From the NCBI GenBank assembly GCA_964016885.1, contig OZ024742.1, positions 57,350,001 through 57,414,000 of the forward strand: DNA of 64,000 nt, in the 5' to 3' direction. This DNA comes from Eledone cirrhosa (taxonomy: Eukaryota). The position numbers and the translations under genes were made by a program. The notes beneath the pieces were generated by a model that was not told the origin of the DNA, made no database searches, and worked only from the letters and a program-made list of their open reading frames with translations. Positions 1 to 12,290 of the stretch are shown here, piece after piece (position 1 is the stretch's first letter; every line of letters begins with the position of its first letter).

Positions 1-1478
1 TCAAAAAGGGAAACAAATCCCTTGCCGTGAATTACCGTCCAATCTCACTCACCTCTCATATCATTAAGGTATTTGAGCGAGTGGTGAGATCGCGAATGAC
101 CCACTTCCTTGAGAGTAACAATATGCTAAACTCCAACCAGCATGGATTCCGTAATGGAAGGGATTGCCTGACGCAACTACTGCATCACTTTGATGACATT
201 TTGAGAGCCTTGGGAGAGGGTTCCAACACTGATGTTATCTACCTTGATTTCAGCAAGGCCTTTGACAGGGTTGATCATAACATTCTACTCAGAAAGCTGT
301 CCAATATTGGTGTCACTGGAAAGCTGCTGCAGTGGATCAAGAGCTTCCTGTCAAACAGAACCCAACATGTTGTAGTTGAGGGAGTCAAATCAAGCCCAGC
401 CAAAGTCAGTAGTGGAGTCCCACAAGGCACTGTGTTGGGCCCACTTCTCTTCATCATCTATATTAATGACATCACTGACATCATCAAACACAGCAACATT
501 AAAATTTTCGCTGATGATTCCAAGCTCCAAAAGGTCATCAATGGCGTGGATGACCGGATAAGCCTTCAGTCAGACCTACTGGCTGTTACCCAATGGGCAG
601 AAAAGAACAACATGTTACTGAACGAAGACAAATTCGAACTGATCCACTTTGGAAAAGAGGATGCTCTGAAACTCCCGTACTCCCTTCCCTCCGGGGAAAC
701 TCTCGTGGCATCTAACAACATCAGAGACTTGGGAGTAACCGTGGACAGCAACATAAGCTGGACCACGCATATAAGCAGCAAAGTTGACATGGCCCGCAGA
801 ATGTGTTCCTGGATCCTCAGAACCTTCCAGTCGAGAGATTCCCGCACCATTATCCTTCTCTTCTCTACTTTCGCCCGACCACACCTTGAATACTGTTGTC
901 CACTGTGGTCTCCCCACACGAAACAAAGTATCATGAAACTTGAAGCTCCTCAAAGGGCAATCACGAAAAAGATAGATGGCATGTCAGACCTTGACTACTG
1001 GGGTCGATTGGAAAACCTGAAACTTTACTCACTCCAACGTCGCCGTGAGCGTTATATTATCTGCATGATGTGGAAAATGTTCCATCATCACTGCCCAAAT
1101 GATGTTGGCATCGCCTTCAAGATACACCCAAGGCTTGGGCCCCGTGCTATCCGTCCCATTCAAAAATCTAAATCGCAACTCATAACAACAATACGGCACA
1201 ATTATTTCACCTCAATCGGCCCTGCTCTCTTCAACATCACACCAGGACACGTCAAAACAGAAACTGACCACACAAAATTCAAGAAGTCTTTGGACAAATT
1301 CCTCCAAGTAATCCCGGACAAACCACCCACACCCGGATATGTCTCCGCAAACAGTAATTCTCTTCTCGAATGGGCCATGGTGCCCAAATCCTGAATTGAA
1401 AGACTTCGCCAGGTGGTGCTATTAAGTTAGACATGGCCTGGGCCAATACTGGCCAAAACATTTCAAAGTTATTCAAAG

Positions 1479-1480
<2 letters not shown>
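1..1480 (+). mobile_element. CR1/L2-group LINE, 3' part of ORF2 (RT, ORF 27..1394) plus short 3' UTR; runs off the window start
   Basis: Motifs NYRPISLTS, QHGFR, YLDFSKAFDRVDH, GVPQGTVLGPLLF, FADD, RPHLEYCCPLWSP and YSLQRRRER. The element ends in a short terminal repeat (ttcaaagtta/ttcaaagtt) before (TA)n. Confidence 0.9.
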
Positions 1481-1558
<78 letters not shown>

Positions 1559-1598
1559 TCATCATCATCATCATCATCATCATTATCATCATCATCAT
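1480..1598. repeat. (TA)n followed by (CAT)n microsatellite; the (CAT)n is the tail of the adjacent RTE element
   Basis: Read directly from the sequence. Confidence 0.95.
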
Positions 1599-2802
1599 CG
1601 TTTAACGTCGACATTCCACGCTTGCATGGGTTTGGACGGGAGTTTTCCCACTTGAGGCAAGAGTGGTTGTCTTGCTCGCATAGGACTGTCTGGCGGGTTT
1701 TCTACAGCTGGATGCCCTTCCTAACACCAACCACATTTACAGTGTGGGACTGGGAGGTTTTTACCGTGTTACCTACACGGCCACATTACAGCGTGGACTG
1801 TGTGTTTTTTTTTGTCGTGACACCTACACGACCTCATTTGTTTCGGCCTGGATGTTGTGGCACCAACATAACTTTACATTGAAAGGGGCGGTGTGGATGG
1901 GGTGTTAGAGGTGCCTACTGACTGTAGTAGGTTTTACTTTGTATTTAGGTAAGGCGGGTCTTCTCTATTACTGAGTACCGCCAAAGATCTCGGTCCAGTG
2001 ACATTGTCTTGGAGAGGTGTAAGTGTGTGAGGTCGGAATTTATCAAGTCGTCCCAGGTTTTTCTGGGTCTGCCTACTCCGTGGCTACCGTCTACCTTTAT
2101 TGCCCTGCACTTTTTTATACAGCTGTCGTCTTTCATGCGCATCACGTGACCATACCAACGTAGCCTTCTCTTGAGTACACAACATCTGATCCCTCTTATT
2201 TCTAATTTTTCCCTTAGTTCGTTAATGCTTTGCCGTTCACGTATATTACTATTACACATCCAGCGGAGCATGCAAGCTTCGTTCCTCTCTAGTCTGCGTA
2301 TATCCTCTGCACACAATGCCCAGGTCTCACTGCCATGCAACATTGCTGTTCGTATGCAGGCATCATACAACCTGCCTTTCATTTTTAGGGAGAACCCTTT
2401 AGCGGCTAATAGTGGTATAAGCTCTCTGAACTTTTTCCATCCAGTTCTGACTCTAGCTACTGTACTTTCAGAGCACCCTCCCCCACTGCTGATTTTGTCA
2501 CCCAGGTAACGGAAGCTGTCCACTATTTCTATAGAACCCTCTGCGCAATTGAAAGAGCTAGTATTTTGTGGGTACTTGCTGCTACTTATTGCACCAGAGC
2601 ACCGGCCACATGTAAAATCTATGTTCTTAGTTAGCTTACCTGTGATCCCACTACATCTTTTATGCACCCATACTTTGCATTTGGGACATAAAATGGAGTT
2701 TCTACCTACGTCTTTCCTACACACTGAGCATGGCCATTTCCCGGAAGGGACCGGCGCTTTATTTTCTTTCCTACAAACTAGAACTTTAGTCTTAGCCAGG
2801 TT
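1557..2802 (-). mobile_element. 5'-truncated RTE-clade LINE (C-terminal RT with PHD-like insert, 3' UTR, (ATG)n tail)
   Basis: ORF 1945..~2802 has INLAKTKVL, DSFRYLG, AMLHGSETW, RRLRWYGHVMRM and GRPRKTW, typical of the RTE C-terminus. The ORF-track N-terminus is read-through of (TA)n. Confidence 0.88.
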
Positions 2803-2981
2803 AATATATATATATATATATATATAAGCAAGATGTATGGTAGGTCGTATGTGAATCGCGATGATCACGTCTGACCTACCAAATATGTGACGGTAGCTAG
2901 TTAAGCTCTATGCGTATAAGCAGAGCAGAAATATTAGTGAAAAAGAACAAAGGAACTATTATGACATTATAACAAGTTTAT

Positions 2982-3028
2982 TGCCGACAGCCGTTTCGTC
3001 CGACCTTATGGTGGGACTTTTCAAGGCA
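2982..3028 (-). ncRNA. Type I hammerhead ribozyme, U3-A8 variant (left arm)
   Basis: Reverse complement of 5859-5905. Confidence 0.7.
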
Positions 3029-3967
3029 TATAACATGTGATTGTAAGATCATTATTTACATCAACGTATCACTCAATTGAAATTGTGGTATACATCAGCA
3101 GCTCCGCTTGTATAGTTGGGGTCTATATTCTAAGGGGGCTCTTTTATATTAGTTGTCGGGGTCGGGGATTGAAGGTTAAAAATTAGATAATATATAATTA
3201 GATAATATATAATTTACGTATTACAAGTAAAAATTAAATTAAAAGACTTGGGATCTCGTAGAAGCACCTTAAAAAATCCCTCAATAAGTGCATAAAGCTT
3301 ACAGGCTCCAATAAACCTACTAGACTAGAAGAAATTAAGAGGCTAATAAAATTAAAAAAATAAAAATATAAAGTTTCCCTAAAAAATATAAAGTTTCCTA
3401 AGAAATTCCTTCGAGAGAAAAAATTGTTTTAGAAAGAAAAAAACTTTCTTCCCCCGAGATCACGTTAACAAATTTCAGAAAACTTACGAAGTTTTGATAT
3501 TCCCTACTAAGTTGAAAGAAACTAATCAATTAAAGGTTACTTCAAAGAGCCTTCAATAAATCTCTCAGAAAAGGCCCCTTTAATATTTTTAATTGGAACC
3601 TCCTCCGAGAGACCCTTCGAAGAATTAAAATTTTAGAGAGCCTTTAAGGATATATATAAACGAATTGAGGAAAATTACAAATTAAAAGTTAAAAATTACG
3701 GTATTTGGGATATCCGAGGAATTTTCAAAGGGCTGCTTCAACAGATACAACTTAGGCATAATAGATACAATAATTTAAGTAATTTAAGTAATTTAATTAG
3801 GGAGCAATTCAAAGAGCTTGTCAAGTTGGGCAAGATTAAAGAAAGTGGTAAGTAAGAAAATACATAAGCAAAAAGACAATAATTATAAAATGTATTTTTA
3901 AGAAGGTATAAGGTAGCTTCAGTAATCTAATAATGTACTATCAAAAAATTATTATAAAATTATTGAT

Positions 3968-4220
3968 ACAGGATTAACAAAGACATTATAATATATTCCT
4001 GCCTAATTAACAAGTAATCAATACACTATTAACAGTCAGGCAAAATTAGCTCAGGGATATCTCGCGCTCGGATACTTTACACACATACAGCAACAGATAG
4101 GATTAACACAGACATAATGGTATATTCCTGCCTAATTACCAAACAATCAATTAATTGATGGTCAAGAAAATGTACTCAGGGATATCCTGCGCACGGATAT
4201 TTACATACATACAGCAGGAT
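3968..4220 (+). repeat. Diverged ~128-bp tandem duplication
   Basis: aggattaaca..tatattcctgcctaatta..ctcagggatatc..cggata..catacagca occurs twice. Confidence 0.8.
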
Positions 4221-5858
4221 GAACAGTACAGGTGACCTTGTGGGCGCGATATCCATTATGCGTATGTAGTCATCTGCATAGCTCCAGGCACATTTGGTCT
4301 TGTTTAAAAGTTCATAGTTCACGGATCAACTGGGATTCACTATCAGCTGCGTGGACTCTCTGGGTAATGTACCTGTGGATCAAATAGCTAGTGGTTGCTG
4401 GGTGTGGTCCGTTCGATCTTTTAGTTTCGGGGGTTGCACGCGTTTGCGATAGATCAGCCTGCCGGTTCTAAATCCAAGGTCTCGCTGCATAGGATGTATT
4501 GGTCTACATGCTATATTGGTAAAAAAACCAGTGTGAATTTGACTGGGGTGGTATATTACGAACTCCAAGCCCACACGCGACTGGTCAAATGCGAAGGGCT
4601 GTCCCCTCTTTGTTTGCTGTATGGGTCGGTTCCAGCTTAGATGGTGGTCGTGTTATCCATATTCCGTCAGCCCTGTATATTCAAGACAGATCAGGGTATA
4701 TATTTGCGGGTATGGTCCGGCGTCTACGCTATCCAAAGGGTCTCTCTTGTGGTGTTTTCAAGTTCACATGTCATCTCCCGGTTAAGACTGCGCATGCTTC
4801 GGTGAATCTCATGCATGGAATCTTGGGGTATCATATTACACGGGGTGACTAGCAGAAAATATATATTCTATGCTATCGCGCACGCGCTGGCCTGTGGCTA
4901 CGACCGTGTCCAGTCTCGGGTAGTAGCAGACAGCTGGTAGACCAGCTAGACACACCCCTGTTCAAGGGGCACAACCCCTAACTTATCGAGTGGTCAGACA
5001 TCAAGTGAGTCAACTCACCAAGCCCATTAAGTCAACTGTGTTAAAATACAAAAAAATCCCTATTAATAAAGAACTAATCACTAATAATAAAGAAGAACTA
5101 ACTCAAAAGAAGTGAGTGGGGGAGAATGGGGAGGGGCATCTATTTGGGCGGGGGTTTACTAGGGGGGGTGATTGGTTATAGGCAGGAGCGGCCGCCATAT
5201 TGGGTGTTTTGTACTGTTTCCCTGGGCGCGTTCCCGAGTTTGTTGACATACATCTCCGACGGCACCCTCCCAGATTAGTCAACGTGGGTCCAGGCACTCA
5301 CAATGTCCTACATCGCAGGCATCAGCTTCCCCCAGGGTGCCCAGCAACAATGTTGCCACCAATCCCAAGTTGGCAAGTGGGACACAGGGTCGTCTGTTCC
5401 TCACCAGAGTCCCCATCGGCAATCGGGGAGCCGAGGCATCTATGCGGCCTGGGTTACTAAAGAGCACCCTGTTCGCCAGCCGGGCTGCCAAGTGCGGGGC
5501 AGGGTGGTGTCAGGGCTATGTGTCCGGTCTGAAGAAAAAGAAAGAGCTAAGTATAGTATGGGGGCAGGACGAGAAGATTTCTGATCTCCTGTTGAGCAAG
5601 TTGAGTCCTGAGAATACTATGGCTTCTACGAGATCCCAAGTCTTTTAATTTAATTTTTACTTGTAATACGTAAATTATATATTATCTAATTATATATTAT
5701 CTAATTTTTAACCTTCAATCCCTGACCCCGACAACTAATATAAAAGAGCCCCCTTAGAATATAGACCCCAACTATACAAGCGGAGCTGCTGATGTATACC
5801 ACAATTTCAATTGAGTGATACGTTGATGTAAATAATGATCTTACAATCACATGTTATA

Positions 5859-5905
5859 TGCCTTGAAAAGTCCCACCATAAGGTCGGACGAAACGGCTGT
5901 CGGCA
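5859..5905 (+). ncRNA. Type I hammerhead ribozyme, U3-A8 variant (right arm)
   Basis: tgcc-TTGAAAA-gtcc(c acc ataa ggt c)ggac-GAAA-cggctg-TC-ggca, followed by AATAAA. Confidence 0.72.
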
Positions 5906-5949
5906 ATAAACTTGTTATAATGTCATAATAGTTCCTTTGTTCTTTTTCA

Positions 5950-6103
<154 letters not shown>

Positions 6104-6503
6104 AAAGAAGACACAGGGACTGTGTAGTTGCTGGATAAGGTGTACTTAAAATTAGAGGAAAGCACGAACGAGAGAAAATGTTTCTTCATAAGTTGTCTGC
6201 TGGGGATCATGGATATTTCTACGCATTAAAGAAAAGATATCTAACCCCAGTACGTCAATAACTAAAGGAAGTTATTGGGAAAAAAAGGAGAGAGAGAAAA
6301 AATATAAATATAACAGAAGGGAAAAGGGAAGAAAAAGGAAAAAAACAGCTAATAAAATGGGAAACAAACCGAAGAGAGAAACCCGAAGCACATGTGTGTG
6401 AGCAACTCGAACCAATTATATATATATAAACACGTTACTTATTATGATGTTTGGTGATAGGGTGTTATAGGAATTATTAAGGAATTTTAGCCATTTTTAT
6501 TTC

Positions 6504-6665
6504 TCTTACATATGTTTCAACAAGTGAAATGTGAAGAATATGTTAAATGGAAAAGAATTAATGAATCTGCATTATAGTGTATAGAAATAAGTTCATACAA
6601 TACGGTCATAAAAACGAATAAACCACCTTAATACATGACTATACACATTTTTGTATCATCAGAGA
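6504..6665 (-). ncRNA. Type I hammerhead with 137-nt extended stem II, in a solo pLTR-like segment (about 6100-7000)
   Basis: Minus strand: tct-CTGATGA-t acaa aaatgtg...cacattt cac ttgt t-GAAA-CATATG-TA-aga, then AATAAA. Confidence 0.62.
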
Positions 6666-7122
6666 CATTAAAGTCGTACATAAAGTGTTGGAGAAGTAGA
6701 TTTCCTTGAGAAAAATATCCTAGCATAACAAGAACATTATATTTGTTGGTCTTGCTGCCTCTGCCTTGTACACTTTCTTCCTCCGCTTAATTCATCCCCT
6801 TCACTCAATATCATTTTATTTATTTTCAATTTGGTCTTTTTTTATCATTATTATTTTAATCAGAATGGAATTATTTTCACTTTTCCTGTTATTTACATTT
6901 TTTTCGTCGTTGTTTCTCAATTATAAATTTATTTATTTTACTTTTTCTATCCTCTGGGGGAAAAAATTCACAAACCACTGTTATAACTAAGTTTTGTTGA
7001 ATAAATAAATATTTCTTTTATGGAACATGCCAATAACAGAAATAACTGTTGTATGACAGGTTGGTTGCTGTTACGGGTGTCTTCATCATCATCATCATCA
7101 TTAGCATCATTATTATTATTAT

Positions 7123-7305
7123 CGGTGGATTGGCAGTATCGGTAGAGGGTCGGACGCCATGCTTTCCAGCATAGTTACGTCCCTTTGCGATCTGAGTTCA
7201 AATCCTGCCGAGGTTGACTTTGCCTTTCATCCTTACGGGGTCGATAAAATAAAGTACCAGTAATGCACTGGGTAATTGCTGGCCTTGTGCCTAAAGTAGA
7301 AACAA
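7123..7305 (+). mobile_element. tRNA-derived SINE (~185 bp) with (ATT)n tail
   Basis: A box tggcagtatcgg and B box gagttcaaatcc, conserved core gcctttcatccttacggggtcgataaa. Multicopy in this window. Confidence 0.9.
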
Positions 7306-7319
7306 TTATTATTATTATC

Positions 7320-10300
7320 GGTCTGTTCAGACGTCTTTTTGCTCGCTCCCAGTAAGTCGCTTTATTTACCTGTTATAATTATTTGTTGCTTAATTTTTCT
7401 TGTTGTGTATGGGATATAAGCCCTTGGACTTTGCCCTGTGAAGGGGAAAGTATAATATTTGGGACTTTTGGCCCAAATATTTGAACATTTTACTTTTGAA
7501 AATTAAAAAAAACCAAAAACATGGTTGAGCCATGTTTGCTGTCGCGTGACAACGGTGTAAAAGTTGAGAGGAGGGTTAAAAACATTGTTACAACAGACAC
7601 CACCACAAACAACGTGAACAAAGACAACACTGAGAACACTATTTTCGAAAAATTACCACACCAACTACAACAATAACGGCGTCAACCAAAATACAGACAA
7701 CAGAAAAAAATGACAACAAATGAAACAACGATATTAACGCCACTAACAAGAAAATAAACAACGACAACACCAACAGCAACAATACAAATTGCACCGAAAA
7801 CAACAACAACGGTGGCACTAAAAACACAACCAACTACAACAGTTATAACAGCAACAACAACAACAAGACCGTTTGTAGCAGTAACAACAGCAACTGCACC
7901 AACAACAAGACCGGTAGCGGCAGCAATAATTGTGCCGCTGAAAAGGGGGCCATTTCTTTCGCAGGTGTGACCCGAAATATAGAGATAGTGCTAGTCACGG
8001 AGGAGGAGATGGCAGTCGCAAGAGCCATGGTGTCAAGAAACGACAACAGAGTTTCCCTGAAACCTCCACCCGATTTCTTCAAAGACCAGCAACTGCGCAC
8101 GGTGACTTACCGCACCGTAAGCAAAATGTCACGTCGAGTGGAGAGATCCACGGAGGCTCAAATCCAAAAGGCCTTGGGGTGCGTCTGGGCGCGCAAAACC
8201 CACATCACCCGAGGAAAAAAGTACGCCTCAGTAGACGTACTTTTCGCCACCCCACAAGAGGTGAAGTCTCACTCTTTGAAAACCCTAAAGAGTGAGGAGA
8301 TAGTCTTGGTGCCCTCCTACTGCGGGCAGAAAATTGTGAGGGTCAAAGTGACCCAGTTCCCGCCCGAGGTACCCATACCTTGGCTGGCCGCGTCTGTACT
8401 TGCTGGAATCGAGGAAAAGACCACCATACTGCAAATACAGAGAATTTGAAGAGAACTGGTCAGAAATAGGCATGCAAATGCTAATACAGACTGACCAGGA
8501 GTGCATCGAGGCCATCCCAGATATCATAGACCTCGAAGGACTCCAACTCCCTATAAGCCTGGAAGGAAGGCGCCCAAAGTGCTATCTCTGTAGGCAGAAG
8601 GGTCACCACAGGCCTTCTGCCCGCAGAAGACAGTCAAGAAGAGGACCCCCTCCTTCCGACGCCTGATCCGCTGCTACCAAGAGCAGGGCAGGCAACAGAG
8701 GCAGAAGACCCTTCCATGGTGAGTAGAGGGACAACGTCCGTGGCACCCATACCAAGGCCACGGACAACTAAAACAGCGGCAACACCAACAGTCGCAGTAG
8801 CTACACCGGCGGCAAAATCGTCGGAGCGGGCTCCACTACCACCACCAACAGCAGTGGAGCTCATACTCCTCCCAGACGTCACGGAGTTCGACATGGAGTA
8901 TGAGGTGGGAGGGAAGTGGCAAACCGTCTGCCACAAAAAAGAAAGAAGGAAAAGTCCCTTAGCTTCACCGTCCAAAAGCGAAGGCAAACAAAGAGGGGTA
9001 AAGGCTGCAAGGAGACTTACAGCAACACCATCACCATTACCACCACAAGCATCACCAACAACAACAACCATACCACCACCAGCATCACCAAAACCACCAA
9101 CATCGTAAACACAACAAAACACACACACCCAACAGCAACAAGAAGAAAATCACCCCTCCCCCCAAAAAGTACACAGCCATAAACATGGTAAATAAAGAAC
9201 TCTTACAACATATAAAGCAGTACACAGACATCACAGAAAAAAAATACTACACGCCACCAACACCAAGAACTCTCTCGTCAAACATAAACATCATTGAAAT
9301 CAAAATAGAACATTACAAACTTTTAAAACAAAAATTCCCCAACGCAGTTGAAGACTTCAGAGGGTCGGTTACCAAGAGGATATACACCGACATCCTCTTG
9401 GAAACACCCATGACCAGCCAAAGGGACAGTTCTACTGTCCCTTCACCACACGATCAACGTAAGTGATCCTTTCTCACTTACTCCGTTTCTCATCCAACGT
9501 GGCCGTATTTAGAATAGGCAGTATAAATTTACGTGGCCTGGGGTCATCTTGAAAGCAGGGTCACCTGCTCAATGACCTCAGGTCACTAAACATAGATTTG
9601 GTGGCCATTAGCGAGACCATAATCTCCGAAGCACGAGACTTCGCACCGATCTTCGGCGGCTGCGATGTATGCTCATCTCCCAGCCGTCTGGAATCGGGTG
9701 GAGGGGTTGTCGTGCTTTTTCGGAGAGGCTTGGTTCTCGCCATACGGGCCATCTTCCTGGACCCAGAAGGTAAGTCGGTGGTGCTGGACGTGACTGGCAG
9801 CGAAGGCAATGCTTTCAGGCTAGCAGCCGTCTACGCATCAACAGGGGCAGAACGGCCAGATTTCTTCAGACGTCTAGAGACCTTTCTTGGAACGTCCCGC
9901 TCTTTAGTGTTAGTGGGCGACTGGAACGGAATCTTAGACGAACGCTGGGATTATGTGGGGCTAGTAGACAGGGCAGGAGGGTGTAAAAGCCTCAACAACC
10001 TGCTCCGACGTTTTGAACTGTCTGACAGGTATAGACTGGATTATCCCAATGTGCCAATGTGGACATGGGCAAACAGATCGTATTTAGATAGGGTATTCTG
10101 TAGGGAAACAGATAAGGCTAGTGTAGGTTGTACAAAATTTAAAGTAGTCGACTACACGGACCACAAATTTGTGATCTGTGAAGTTGACTTAGATAGACTC
10201 CATAGGCAAGGGCCCGGCTACTGGAAGCTGAACGCGTCGTTCCCGGCGCGCAAAGCTACAGAGACCGGATTAGCGAATTAGTTAAGCGTGCGTTGACGGG

Positions 10301-12290
10301 TGTTATCGTGGTGGTGGTTTACCCTGAAAAGGACTATTAAAGTAGAATCGATAAGGTTTAGCAAAGGACTAGTGATAGAGGGAAATAGAGTAGAGGGAGA
10401 GTTAGTTAGAAAGCTAGAAGAGGCGTTTAGGACAGGCATCGCAACCGACGTGCTTGCGGCGAGATTGGCACACGACCAATTCTTCAATGCAAAGCATGAA
10501 GGCTGCGTTGTCAGAGCTGGAACGCGTGCTCTAAGACACAAGGGGACGAAAGCCGTTCAATGGGCCCGGGTGGGGGAGGCGCGACGTGGAAACAAGTCCA
10601 CAATTCGGTCTGTGCCTGATCAAAACGGGCGCATGCTGCTCGAACCCGAGCAGATGTGTGCGACTTTTCAACAGCACTTTGCACAATTGTTCGGGAGCGG
10701 CGGCGGGCCGAATCGGAGTATGGACTTCGGTACATACCTCGACCGACTGCCGCGGCTCTCGATGACGACCGCAGTGCAGTGCTGCGAAAAGCCGATAACA
10801 GCAGGTGAAATACGGGAAGCGATGTCTGACTGCACAAGGGGTAAATCGCCAGCTTTGGATGGTCTGCCCTACGAGCTTTATGCGTATATGCTAGACTTGT
10901 TCGGCGACCTCTTGGCAGATGTATACTGCAACTGGCAGCAGAACGGGAGCATTCTCAGTTTTGTGAGCCGGGAGCGGTGGCGCTGTTGAGAAAAGAACCG
11001 AACAAGAGGGACGTTATAGACAACTTCAAGCCCATAACTCTGCTAAACGCAGAGTTTGAGATTTTGGCCATCCACGACAACCTCCATCTCATGCGATACA
11101 TCATAGAGAGGGTGGCTAAGGAACCTGGCACGGGTGGGACCCTGATCAACATTGAACAATCTAGAGCATTTGAGGCGGCCGGCTTCGGGCCCGTTTGCAG
11201 GGTTTGGATCGCTGCGATGCACAGTGACATCTGCTCGGTTGTGGAGGTGAATGGTCACCTGTCGCAGCCTTTCAGCATCATGCGCTCCGTCCGCCAGGGT
11301 TGCCCCCTCTCGTCCCTCTTCTCCGTACTGGCCATAGAGCCGTTACTGCACAAATTGGAGACGATGAGGGGGGTCCCACGCGAACTGGGATGCGGGAGAT
11401 CCGTGTCAGCTTACACCGACGACGTCACCGTGGCGGTGTCGAGCACCAAACACGTCCAGATGCTCGGCACCGCTCTCAAGGAAAACGAAGCGGTGACAGG
11501 AGCAAAGATAAACCATGAAAAGTCAGTGGGCTTGCAACTCGGCACCTGGAGAGGCAAGTCCATGCCGTCCGACAGCGTCGTAGGGCGCTGGACGGAAAGA
11601 CCGGTTAAATTACTCGGGGTCTGGTTCGGTCCGGACCTTCAGATGGAGAAAACTGGAGCGAGATGACGAGAAGGGTGGCCTCTCTCATCCAGAAATGGGA
11701 CGACGGGAGGCTGTCTCTGAAAGGTCGGACGGAGGTGGCAAATGCGTACATGGCGTCCGTCATCTGATACCGCCTGTCCGTCCTACCTTGCCCCACCCAA
11801 CTCTGACCAAAATGGAGCGCCTTCTCTTCCGCTTTTTGTGGAAGGGACGTGCTCCCATGGTCAGACGATCCATTTGCTGTCAACACCTGTTGCGTGGAGG
11901 ACTAGGCATGCCGTGGCTGATGATGCGCAAACATGCGCTGAGGCTGCGACATCTCTGGTGCTTCCTTGACGGTGAACAGGTGTGGTCGCCATTTGCCAGA
12001 CGCGCTTTTCCCCAGCTCGTCACGTTGACAGAGCTGCAGTCCTGGATCATGAAAAGACCGAGGGATAGCGCTTAGAAGTTAGAATGTCTCCAAGCGCTCA
12101 CCGCCCTCTACCAGCTTGGCACTAGTATCAGTGGAACATCCACCACAGCGTTCTATAGAGGGCTAGTGGAGGGAAAGAGCGACGACGTTCTCAGGGAGAT
12201 CCTGGGCGTCGAAGACGATCAGCTGTTCGCTCTCTTCAAGAGAACATTCAGACCGGGGCCTATGAACAACTTCCAGAAATCTTTGTGCAT
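7320..12290 (+). mobile_element. Decayed L1/Tx1-clade LINE: ORF1 with zinc knuckle (about 7520-9470), APE (about 9490-10280), RT (about 10280-12290); 3' end lost
   Basis: CYLCRQKGH knuckle; APE motifs IGSINLRGL, VAISET, LVGDWN, YLDRVF, TDHKFV; GPGYWKLN; RT motifs SVRQGCPLS and SAYTDDV. Many frameshifts. Confidence 0.85.

Noticed and set aside
1279-1882. ORFs with YIYI/DDDD/SSSS runs (also 5950-6210, 46650-47292, 50627-51459, 55785-56213, 61911-62796)
   Set aside because: They are translations of microsatellites, not genes.
5526-5553. CTGAAGA...GAAA hammerhead-like string
   Set aside because: No stem II can form (aaaa only).
7123-7305. tRNA gene
   Set aside because: It has A/B boxes but no cloverleaf, and is multicopy with tail and TSD, so it is a SINE.
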